DNA of 63,571 bases, counting the filler, from Trichosphaerium sp. ATCC 40318 (lineage: Eukaryota > Protista > Tubulinea): the NCBI GenBank assembly GCA_038496445.1. It is 3 parts of 3 records of this genome, joined end to end, with 100 filler letters (N's around TTAATTAATTAA, not from the genome) between each part and the next. Parts side by side here need not be neighbours in the genome. Positions count along the whole stretch, not along the records: positions 1 to 22,441 come from JALMLS010000476.1; 2 more parts are not named here. One strand, given 5' to 3'. Positions 1 through 11,258 of this stretch are shown here, in pieces (the stretch's first letter is position 1; each line of letters starts with the position of its first letter). The translations under genes and the position numbers were made by a program. The notes under the pieces are model-generated. The model had not been told where the DNA came from. It searched no databases and saw only the letters and a program-made list of their open reading frames with translations.

Positions 1-1019
1 TACCAGGTGTTTTAGAGAAGTTGCCGACCAAATCGCCCGTAAGAAAACTCATAATTTATGCTCTTGTGCAAACTTTTCTGTTAGCTTTTGTAGTTATCTG
101 TGGGCATAGGGTACAAAAGTTAGCTCTTTGCCCAAATAAAAATGTCCCAGTTTAATCAACATGTCATTTTCATTTTCTTCAATCCCAGAGAGTAATGGCA
201 TCAGTAATCTGACAACCACAGCAATTTTAAATATGACAGAAGAAACTATATTTTAATCGCTGAGGTATTAGAAGCCAGGCAATATCAAAAAGATGGTCAG
301 AAAATTATGAGAATATTTGTTTTCAGCTTTCTGCGTCCAGTTACTTATCCCTTCTTTGAACTTCGAGTGCTTAATATGTCTACAGCACCGCCTAGCGCAG
401 AAATAGAAGGATTGGTATCTAGGTATTTCACTTGACATCTAAGTAAGGTAAAGGGGGCATACTTGCAATCTATCTGTAGTCATGCTAGAACTTGCTACCA
501 GAAGAATTTTGTATGGTACTGGTTCACGTTATCATACCATCATAACAATTTTCTGTTAGAATTCTCGTCAAAGGCAGTATCATGTACATAAGCTAGGATT
601 AGACCACTATAAGTTTTTTTCTAGTATGGGTAATAGGAAATCACTTGCCAAAATAGTCAAAATTATCGCCGAAAACCACAAGTTGTCTTTGAAACGATAT
701 GGACATTACCTAAGCACCATGAAGTAAGAGATTTGTCAGCGGTTGGTACTACTTTTCGAAATTGAATAGAGTCATGATTGACTAAAAAAACTGAAGGTGC
801 ACAAGCACCAAGGAACGTTTTTTTTTGGAGTTAAAGCAAACCACGTTGTTGGTCACGAGACTTCTTCGAATACACAAAATTCTTAAAGGGTTTGAGAATA
901 GTGTAGCAAACCCTCACGCATAGAAAGACATTCACGGAAAATAGCATTGTTAAAACGACAGTCACTAAACTTCATTCAACCTAACAGAAACACGTGCCGT
1001 AAACAGGTGCTAATATACA

Positions 1020-1805
1020 ATGACTACAAAGACAAAATACTGTGCTTTCCCCTCAGGACACGTTACAATCAACGAAACTGCCTGTGCTTGTTTACTACAA
1101 CTGCCCACAGAGATATTAGCGCATATACTACGCCAAACCACCAAATCACGATTTACCGCTTCCCAGACCTGCCATTTGCTTGCATCTATCATCCATGATG
1201 TTATTGGCTACGACACTATCACTGTTAGAACTGTAATGCAAGCGAAATCAGTTCTACAACATCAAGGCATTCTCAGACATACTTATATCGTACTTTGCGG
1301 TGGTTGTTTTGATGACAATGTTATCAAAAAGTTTGCTGGCGTACACACTATAAATGTATCAACCACAAAAGTATCAAATGAAGGATTGAAAGCATTGGCA
1401 GGTGTACACACTATAAATTTGAAACGCTGTAATGTAACAGATGAAGGTGTAAAAGCACTAGCCGGAGTGCATTCTATAAACCTTTCTAGAACTTCAGTGA
1501 CGGATGAAGGTGTTAAAGCGCTTGCCGGCGTTCATACAATTGACCTTTCTTTATGTAACAATCTAACTGATGAAGGTGTAAAAGCACTTGCTGGTGTTCA
1601 TACCATTAGCCTTTCTCACACTTCAGTAACAGATGAAGGTGTTAAAGCGCTTGCTGGTGTTCATACCATTAGCCTTTCTCACACTTCAGTATCAGATGAA
1701 GGCATTAAAGCGCTTATTGGAGTTCACAATATGCAGCTTGTTTTTACTTCAGTAACAGATGAAGGTCTTAAAGCACTGGGGCCAAATCACACTGCAATTT
1801 TGTAA
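1020..1805 (+). CDS. F-box-like + leucine-rich-repeat protein (intronless)
   Basis: N-terminal LLQLPTEILAHIL..TCH F-box-like motif, then about 7 near-identical 24-aa LRRs (LAGVHTIxLSxTSVTDEGVKA). Confidence 0.8.
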   Translation: MTTKTKYCAFPSGHVTINETACACLLQLPTEILAHILRQTTKSRFTASQTCHLLASIIHDVIGYDTITVRTVMQAKSVLQHQGILRHTYIVLCGGCFDDNVIKKFAGVHTINVSTTKVSNEGLKALAGVHTINLKRCNVTDEGVKALAGVHSINLSRTSVTDEGVKALAGVHTIDLSLCNNLTDEGVKALAGVHTISLSHTSVTDEGVKALAGVHTISLSHTSVSDEGIKALIGVHNMQLVFTSVTDEGLKALGPNHTAIL

Positions 1806-1970
1806 CAGATGAATAAGCTAAGAAATAATTGGATTTGGTGTGATTAGAAATCTTGAAACCAAAAAGAAAGAGCCTAGTTTAGAACACGTTTGCACTGAAA
1901 ATAAATGAAATTTTGGGGTTTTTTTATCATTAGGTTTAAGTGCCCTTAATCTTCGGCCTGCTTGACTTAA

Positions 1971-3359
1971 ATGGTCTCGAGAATGTCACAATGTAAGACA
2001 TTACCTAACGAACTTTGGTATACTATCGCACTGAAACTATGCTACGATGGATTCAAGACGTTTCGCAGAGTAAACAAGAGGTTTTTTTATTTATCACAAC
2101 CAACACCTTTTGGTGAGGTACATTTGAAACCGCTGGTATTGTACATACTGTATTTTAATGTTCTTTAGGCTTTTAAGAAGCATGAAGTTGTAGTAATCAG
2201 GAAATGCCCGATTCAGGCTTTTACTAAAAGAAAAACGAACTGGATATGCCCTACAACGTTTGTACCAAAGATACTAACAAAAAAGATCACTTACGCTTGT
2301 GCAGGACCTTCCGGAAAGGTTACAAGACTTTTCAAATTTTTTCAATGTTAAACTCGCTATTGACTACCGCTTACTCTTGCTATTAGGTTTATGTTATAAC
2401 TAATGGTAAAGGACCTTATATATTGAACGTTGATTCTGGTGAACTGTGTATAGATAAGAACTTCCCAGTGAGCGATAATAGAGTGGTCAGTATGGTTTAT
2501 TCAGAAAAAAATGATACTTTTATATTTTTACTTAATCATTACTATTCTCCTGGACTCTTAAAACAATCAAGAGGAGAAGATTGTGTATTCTTTATAACGC
2601 CAAGTACGCAATTACTTACTTTTCTACTAAAACTTTACATGTTCATATAATGTCAAAGTCTGAAGTCAACTACTACGTTTTTGTTAGAATAACTTTTTTT
2701 TTGTTGATTTTTTCTGTACCCACCCTCTTTTATCTATAACTATGACACTGATAAATTTTCCATTAAACCAAGGTTTTCTTATGATATTTGCACTTGACTA
2801 AGTCTAAACCTTAGAGGCTTATGCTTCACAACTGTTTTTTTGGGATACAGATGAGACTGTGTTAGTATCGTCAAATTCAAGAGATTTACAATTTTATAAT
2901 TTTGACACACTCAAAGTCATTAAAACTATACGTCATGGTTGTAATATCATTGCTTCTTGTAAGTATTACAAAGGTAGTTATGGGTTTAAACCAAAGGATG
3001 AAACATTGCTTAAATTGGGAGAAAATAATGAGCACATGAAATGTTCTTTCTCCACTCTCAAAGGATCAATACATGCCATGGCGAAGAGTGATAAAACAGA
3101 CAGCGATGTATTCTTTATATTGGTTGTAGATGACGATAATCTCTATGTGTATAAACACATGAATAAGGCATTCATTCGTCTTAATCTTAGTTTGTGTTTG
3201 AAGAGATTTTCATCAGAGCAAAAACGTTTAATGAGGCGATGCAAAATGTCATGGGTTGGACAATATCTTTTTATAAGCTGTGGAGGGGAAGCATGGTACT
3301 ATCATCCGACAAATGTGTTTTTTGAAGAACGTGCAAATATCTATAGGGTACATGTTTGA
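1971..3359 (+). CDS. Multi-exon F-box protein with beta-rich (propeller-like) C-terminus
   Basis: TLPNELWYTIA..FRRVNKRF F-box motif; ORF pieces at 1971, 2423 and 2859 separated by GT..AG introns; AATAAA follows the stop. Confidence 0.65.
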
Positions 3360-4004
3360 ACACAAGTACATTCCTTAATAAAATGACGGTATTTATTTCT
3401 CAATGATATATACCTTGAATAACGTAATGCTAACATGACAAATCAGATTGCTAATAAGGAGCAAGCCTCAAGGATATAAAAAGATAACTATCAAGATCAT
3501 GTACAAGCTAAATTAATAATAACAGACGGTCTACCAGATCCACTGGTTATACATATTGTCTTGTATGTGAATATTCAGTCATTATTGACAACCTAAACTG
3601 TTTTTTTTTATTTGCGTCTATTGCGTCACAGGACGAGATAAATATCTCCGCCATATCACAAATACAATAATTCACGACCAACCGTAGTACATGTTCATTA
3701 GACCAAGGAATGTATGAAGAACTGCACCAACATAAGTCAAATCTTTTGCAAAGAGGTTGTTTTGGAACAAATAAATGCCCATGTTTACAACATTGCTTAC
3801 AGCCAACCATTTTGTGATGGCCTAGAAGGACTCAAATTAGTCCAACGTTAACGTAGCATGTACATAAGACAAATTATAAATACCAACGTGCCTTTTGTCG
3901 ATGTCTGTTGGTTTCACTGCTCGCGTATACGACCACACCTAGTATTATCCCAGCGCTTCCCTGATGGATGTTAAAAAAGAAAAATTGTTAAGATTGAGGT
4001 TAGT

Positions 4005-4834
4005 TTACGGCATTCGTACCTGAAACACCTTAGTGGCGTCTAGAGTGATTATTGAAGCAAATAACACTATTCCACCCCAAAGAAACTCGAGGCAGCCATT
4101 AGTTGAGAGAACGCTCTTTAGACGCGGATCAAAAGCAAGTGAATTCCCAATATGCAATGATTTCAGCTTTTCTTTAGCCAAGTACAGCTTATTATCCACT
4201 TCATCAAGCTCCTAGCAGACATGAATAAAATTAAAGTTTTGAAAGGATGGTACCTGCTCCTTTTTTTGTTCCAACCGAGCTTTTGGCAATTTTTGTGTAC
4301 GGCTTCTATTTTTAACATACTTGTAATATAGTTCGACGTCAGGCATATCGTGGTCACCAGGCCAAACAATCCCCTTTTTAGCCAAGGAAATGATTTTTTG
4401 ACAAACTGCTTCAATCTGTTTGATGCATATATCAGCCTTTAGGAATGAGTAACCGTTGTGACCACCATGGTGGTATTTTGACAGGTATAAGAATATTAGC
4501 TTTTCTACATGTTCGAACCCTGAAGCTATGGACGGGTATGTGTAGGAAGGTACGTTACTATTACAAAGAAAAGTAAGCATTAGATGGACGCGAGACTGCC
4601 GTCACAGTACCTGAAAAATGGCGGAACATGAAAGAGTTTGATTATTTTTACCTCGGGTCCAATGTCTTTGAAATAACCTTTAAACCTATTTTGAAGAGTT
4701 GTTGTATTATTTGATGATCCCATGCGCACAGAGCTGGAACCAATTCTAATAAAATACACTGCTCCGTCGGGAAATTCCTTCCATTCGTGAGGCTTCCAAA
4801 AACTTTTAAAGCTTCCGTCTGGGTAGGTTAACAT
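4005..4834 (-). CDS. Spliced GIY-YIG/T5orf172-like protein with coiled coil and hydrophobic C-terminus (both ends uncertain)
   Basis: GAVYFIRIG..VRMGSS..LQNRFKGY then EKLIFLYLSKY..FL; a 53-nt intron (4610-4558) joins two ORFs in frame and a second intron joins KKEQ|ELDEVDNK. Confidence 0.45.
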
Positions 4835-5407
4835 TTCTATGTAGGTTCCTTAGATGAGTCTCCACAACTGCTGGTGCAGGTTCTTCTATTGTTGCTGGGT
4901 ATGTACCTCTAGAAGGCAGGCTGAATCGGTTTTGGCTACACGTAACGTTACGTGGGTTTTTTCAATTATTGCTATTCCGAGGAGATCTCTAGAGAGGTTG
5001 TGTAGGTTTTTTTTGTACTTTTTTATAAAAATTTTAAAAGTCAGCTTACACTTTTCACAGTGCACTTACTTTCAGCGTGTAAGTCGTGGTCCTACAGCTA
5101 GCGGATGGTTGTACAAGAGAAAATGGGTCAAAATGGAAACAAATAGAGTCTAACGCACACCGCAAGAGTGTTCCTAAGTGTACGAAGCAGAAAATCAACA
5201 ATAAGCCTTGAGAGACCAAACACTCAGTGAGTCCGAAAGTACTCCATACACTGCAAACAAGGGTATGTTGGCTGGCATTACTTTAACAAGATAATTAACT
5301 AGGTATTGATTTGGCGCTATTGCCAGTTGCTTGAAATGCCGTTCACCAAAGAAATTGTGTTCCACACCAGGTTTTGAAAGCTTTGGTTTTTTTTGCCCAT
5401 TTTTATC

Positions 5408-5612
5408 TTAATTGGGAGAAAAAAATGAGAATATGCAGTATTCTTCACTTTATCAGTACATGCCAGACAAAGAGTGATAAAAAGTGAGCTATTGTTATAT
5501 TGGCTAGGGGTGTATAAACACGTGACCAAGGCATTAATCTGTCTTAATCTCAGTTTGTGGTTTTTGAATAGATTTTCATCAGAGCAAAAACGTTCTCTGA
5601 AGAAATGTAGAA
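5408..5612 (+). pseudogene. Decayed duplicate of the last exon of the 1971-3359 F-box gene
   Basis: Nucleotide similarity to about 3010-3246 (aattgggagaaaa, aagagtgataaaa, gtgtataaacac, agattttcatcagagcaaaaacgtt). Confidence 0.75.
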
Positions 5613-6083
5613 ATAAATGTGTTAGCGCGCTTTCAGTGCACGGTTATATGTGCCACTGTAGGGACACGTCTTGTAATTTGTAATAAAGTGGAAATGTGTT
5701 GAAAATCGAAGAAATTAACTAGAGTAGCGTTATGCGAAGTATTTCACAGATACATGAGGTAGCTTGCATTCTACAGCGAGGTTATAGACACTCGCAATCC
5801 ATCCTGAGAAACTAAATCTGGTGTTTGGGGCCCTTAAAAGAGCGTTTCAGGTTGAGCCGGAGAAGAAAATCTGAAAGGTTCCAAAATTGTATTTGTTACG
5901 TTACCAAGACAAGATTGGTACACTTAACGCCCATTTTTGCGCTCCTGGCAGCCTATTTTTTTTTCTCCTTGAATAAGTATGACACCTTATGCATCAATGG
6001 TTCCTATGACTTACAGAAAACCAGGCTTACGTAGACCAGACGAGCTCAAGAAGTTACACCGCGTATCTCACCCTAATTTGAAA

Positions 6084-7542
6084 ATGGTACGTAGATGATC
6101 ACGTGTAGACGTCAACTACGCGAAAATTTCCAAACAAACCTAAACTCTGTTGTTATTCTCTTTTTATGTATGTATACACGCTCCGGATACTCATAAAGAA
6201 TTATTGAGCGCTGTTTTATGCCAATTGTTGTAGAATGAGTAGTATTGTGCTCCACAACTAATGCTATGAGTAGTCAGAATCATCAGAAGACTCAATATCG
6301 GCAGAAAACAACAAACAGGATTTATTGGCAAAAGTGCTCGTTGTCGGTTCGCGCTTTTACAACTTGTATGGTTACAACACAAAGACACTAACGGTGAAAC
6401 GTAGGTGATGTAGCCACGGGTAAAACTTCAATTATCAGTCGCTTCGCACATGGCATTTTCTCCCACAGCTACAAGGCTACTGTAAGTACAATCTAACAGA
6501 TTTTTCCGTTTTGTCACTTTAAACTGTTAAAAAACGTCAAAAGCACTTTTAAAGGTAGAGAGATACAGAAATACAACGTGTAGTGCATTCAAATCACTTC
6601 GAAATTTGCTAGTAACATCAAAAATGAACTCTTTTTTTTTTTCATTTTTTTCTTCGGCTGAAGTTCTTTTAGATCGGCGTTGACTTTGCTTGGAAACCTG
6701 TCATTGTCGATGGCACCACCGTGAGGCTACAACTATGGGTATAATTTATTTTTTTTAAAAGTCACGTGATTTTTTATTTTAATGTTATTCTTAGGATATT
6801 GCAGGTTCGTTTTTTATCGTTTTATAATGGAAGTGAGTACGTATTAACAAAAGAATATTGCAGGACAGGAGCGATTTGGACACATGACAAGGGTACGTTG
6901 GCCAGGAGCTTTTTTGATTTTACCATAAAAAAGTTAATTTTCTTCACGACTTGCTTCGCGCCCTACAGTTTGTTTTGGCTAGATTTATATTGAATTAATT
7001 ATTTGATATTTATAGGTGTACTATAAGAATTCATTGGGCGCTATGGTAGTATGTGACGTTACAAGATTTTCAACTTTCGAAGCAGCATCAAAATGGCTTG
7101 AAGATTTAAAAGTCAAAGTGTTCTTCCCTGGTACTGAAGATCCTATTCCTACCATACTTCTATTAAACAAGGTACATTACACCATATTTTTCTGTTATTA
7201 AATGCGAAACATCACGTGTAGTTCTGTACGGAGAAACACTGACAAACTGTTTAGATTGACTTGAAAGAAAAAAGCGCTTTCACTAAAAGTAACTCTGAAA
7301 TGGAACGTTATTGCCAAGAACATGGATTTCTCACATGGTTTGAAACATCCGCAAAGGATGATATCAATATTACAGAATCTGCAGAGTACTTAGTTAAAGC
7401 AGTAGTAAAGAAAGTAAAAGAAGTCCCAGAAAAAAAGAGTGAGGAAGAATCAGATTCTGAAGAAGATCATATAGTTTTAGAAGAAAGAAAATCATCAAGT
7501 CCTGTAGCTCAACAAGAAGAGGAAAGTAAGTGCAAATGTTAA
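6084..7542 (+). CDS. Rab GTPase, Rab32/38-like
   Basis: Spliced motifs KVLVVGDVATGKTS, YKATIGVDF, LQLWDIAGQERFGHMTRVYY, LLNKID, WFETSAK; C-terminal CKC prenylation motif; start modelled as ATG|gtacgt. Confidence 0.92.
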
Positions 7543-8557
7543 AGAATAAAGATGCTTTTTAGCGAGTAAAAATTTTATTGTGCACGTGATTACTCTTATC
7601 GCTAAGTGCGAGCTAAGCCGCACAATAAAAATTTACAACATGTTCCATCAGCTAAGCAAGATGACATGACAATAAGAATATACACGTGGTACTTACAAAA
7701 AGTGCTTTATGCGTTTGTAAATCAGTTCAAAATGCGTGCTTGTTTACTCGTAATAAACCTTGGAGATACAGTAATGTCCCTTTAAAAAGGACCACCGGCC
7801 AAAGGAGTCGTCATGAAAAATCACAAAAAAAAAAAACTGTCACAAATTTATTAGGAGGTTATTTTCCTGTCCCTGTGAGAAGCAATTCCGTTGCAATTTC
7901 TTGTAAAAATCCTTTGGGAGTAAGGGCTCCGTATTGACACTTATACAGAATAAAACCATTTGTGAGGGTGTAGTAAACTAACGAACAAGAAGTGTCATGT
8001 TCCATTTTTTGAACCGCCTATCTGTACAATAGGACTTGACCAGCTGGCCAAATTGATCACTATTTCCCTTGGTGTCATCATTTTTATTTTTGAACATACC
8101 TTTTCTTGTTACTGTCAAATGAACTTTTGTCATCATGCACACAGTAGAGAGTGGTGGCCAACTTTACGATTTCATTGTTATTTGTTACAACGGCAACAGT
8201 TTTGTAATGGTGCCAATCTTGTGTATCCCACAGGCACTTTTTTAGCATGTGATTGCTTCAAGGCCACTGAAAGTGGTTGGTATTACATGATACAGTAGCG
8301 TCTAAGCCATATTCCCCCGGCTTGTTGAGATCCATGGCTGAACAAAAATTAGAGTCACATGTAAAAAAATGGCACCTTCCAATTGTTTTCGACCATTTTG
8401 CACATGAAAGAAGGATTCATTTGGTGTGAGATGAGGCTATATCAAAGCGTTGATAAATTCAATCAGATACCTAGTTCGAATCATCGAGACACTTCAATTC
8501 TATGGCCCATGCGTATGGTTTCTTAATGTTGTGAGTTTTTATATGGCAATTGAAATA

Positions 8558-9187
8558 TTATGATGGAATACAGATTTCATCAACACAAGTGAAATAACCT
8601 GGTACCATGTGGTGCTTAAAGACAATTACTAGAAATGAATGTACCATGTTAGCATCAAATTTCATGTTGGCAGAGCTGTTGAAGTAGTGATTAAGTGGCA
8701 ATGAACCTGTTTTCACAGTAAATAAAATTTGTGCTTCACCTGTGCTCCACAATGTGCGAATATTCCATATTCCAATAATCCCATGCCATATCACTATGCC
8801 AGAGAAGTTCTTCATATGGGTAGTGATCCCATTTTTTAGGTCAGTGTGATGTTGTTCATATGTGCTTGTGAATAGCAAGTTTTCAAAAATCTTATTATCC
8901 CACTTGAAGGTGAAAAATGCCATTGGTGTCTTGGCTTTTCCAATACCAACAATGTTACGTTGTATTTTAAGTTTAGTCCAATCGTCTACCATGGGATAGT
9001 CAACATAGGTAAATCCGTAAGGCTTAAATGCTGCTGTCAAAATCTGAGCCCAAAAAAATATTAGTTGCCAGTAGCGCAGATGTTATGAAGTACATACTGC
9101 ATGGATTCTCTGTTTGACCGTTTCAACACGCGCTCCTTTGGGCGTTTGCCATAACAGTAGGAAAAGCCACGTCGTTTGTTGCGACAT
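8558..9187 (-). CDS. Hypothetical protein, two or more exons
   Basis: ATG at 9187; a phase-0 gtatgt..cag intron joins it to the 160-aa ORF; no recognisable domain. Confidence 0.4.
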
Positions 9188-9587
9188 TGGGGAGTTACGT
9201 GTTGTTTATTGTGAAATCCACAATTTTTGGGTTTACAAAAGTTGACTTTTTTGATGACGACTCGATGGGCCGGTACAAAGTTGTTTTGCGCAAACTTTAA
9301 GCCGTTAACTGTTACTTACTTTTTTTGCCAATTGATATGGATGCCTCAACAGAGCAACCGTTGTGTTTCGAATGCTGAATGAATCTAACTTCATAGCTTC
9401 ACAATTTTCTTTCCACTTGAGGCGTACCTTGAAGAGGTAACAAAATTTAATACAATCTCGCCATAACTTTGAGATTCAAAATATACCTTCTGGAACATCG
9501 CAATGCAATTGACTTTCTATGGTGTATGTAAGGGGGATAGGCTGGAAACATGGAAAATACAATGTAGATTCAAAACAAAAACGAACA

Positions 9588-10531
9588 TCAAATTAAGAAC
9601 AAGCACAAGATAGTGCCAATTACATAAATAATCAAAAAACCAACTGCTAGCATTAAAATGCAAACAAAATAACACCAACAATCCATAAGTATTGTGCGAT
9701 GATATTCTGCAATTAATTGACCGTTAATATCCCACTGTTTGCTCCATTCACATGTGCCATACCTGTTCATACACTTACACATCTAATTTGACCGTCACTG
9801 TACCATATCTTGTGCTCTCCATGCGGTTTACTTTTAATACAGCTATATTTTTTTTCTAATTGGCCATTTCTGTGCCATGCTTTATACTCTCCTTCCAGCT
9901 CCCCATCAACACGACAGTATTCCATGCGCAGCTGTCCATTATCATGCCACCCTTTGAACTCTCCTTCTTGTTTGCCTTTGATGTAATAACTGTGCATGGT
10001 TATTTTGCCATTATCATAAAAACACTTGTATTCTCCTTCAAGAAAACCATCTATGTAGTAACAATGCTGCTGTAAATGATCATTAAATTGATTCCACTCT
10101 TTGTATTCCCCATGAAGCACATCATGTTTGAAACTACACTCAGCCTAACGTATTTTAGTCACAAGAAATAAAGATCACGTGAACACAGGAAGTCAAAAAG
10201 GCAATATTATTTCGCAGCTGCGTTTATGGCCTTAAGTTGAGGTCATTGATGCTATCACTAGATTGGCGCTTGTAATTTTTTGCCATTTTACCTTACGATT
10301 GTAGTGGATAGAGTACTTATTTCGCTCACTGTCGTAGTAATACAAAATTTTGTTTTTTATCCACTTTCCATGTTTTTTTAGTTCATCGTCAAACCTTGTG
10401 GTTGTTGCCGTGTATTTTGATAGAAGAGGCCATTGTACATAAACTGCAAAGTCTAAATCAACTATATCAAGTTGTAGCTCAAGCGGAAGGTTCAACAGGT
10501 GACAATACTTTGATTTCAAAGCACTCATCAT
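9588..10531 (-). CDS. F-box-like + MORN-variant (YwqK-like) repeat protein with one intron, an apparent frameshift near 9780 and a C-terminal TM helix
   Basis: HLLNLPLELQLDI N-terminus; 147-nt phase-0 intron 10291-10145; GEYKxWxxNGQL repeats; hydrophobic tail in a shifted frame. Confidence 0.75.
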
Positions 10532-11258
10532 GATTTCTTATCCTTTGTGTGTACAGGTTTCAGATACTCTAACACGTGGGCAACTTATCTAGCGCTCACT
10601 AAAATAAGTCATATGCTGTATATAGTAAATACGTAGCATGGCATGTATTTGGATAAATTAGATCGTACGCTTACAAGCGTTGTAAACATGTGCAAATTAC
10701 TTTCAAAGAAAACTATACCAAAGTACAAAAAGGACGTGGTAGGAGACAGCAAACACTTGGAAGTAGACCTAACGGCAAGGAGAGTTTTCGGCAACTTTGA
10801 TGTACTCTTAAGGAATGCTCATCTTGCACAGCTACAGCTGTAACTTAAAAAACATGAGCGACTATAGTCACTAGCGTGGAATATGTCAAAAGTACTTCTG
10901 CATAGATAGTGCAAAAAAAAAACAACGCAACTACCTTAATCATCAGTTGTAGAACCCGAAGATAGCAGTTGAGGGCTCTTAGAAGCTTTGCAGTGCAGTA
11001 AAGCTCCTGGAGGCCAAGTCCAATGGCAGCCAAAGCTGAATCTTCACATCAAAGCCTTGAGCCAAGTTCGATGGCAGCCCACCTCAATGAGACTGATATT
11101 ACAGAATACACTGTGCACTAGACCTTGTAACCCAACTCTTACATCAAGTCAAGATGGATGTATTTTCAAGTATGTTGTGGATAATGAGTGAGACCCGTAA
11201 TTACTCAACGGACATTGTCACGTGCTTTATTGTTTATAATTGTAGAGTTACAGGTTGT

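Noticed and set aside
1-720. Possible decayed transposase or kinase fragment (SVVMLELATRRIL)
   Set aside because: Many stops, no diagnostic motif or termini
4578-4582. TAATG stop-start coupling suggesting an operon or reinitiation
   Set aside because: Better explained as intron sequence; splicing restores a single frame
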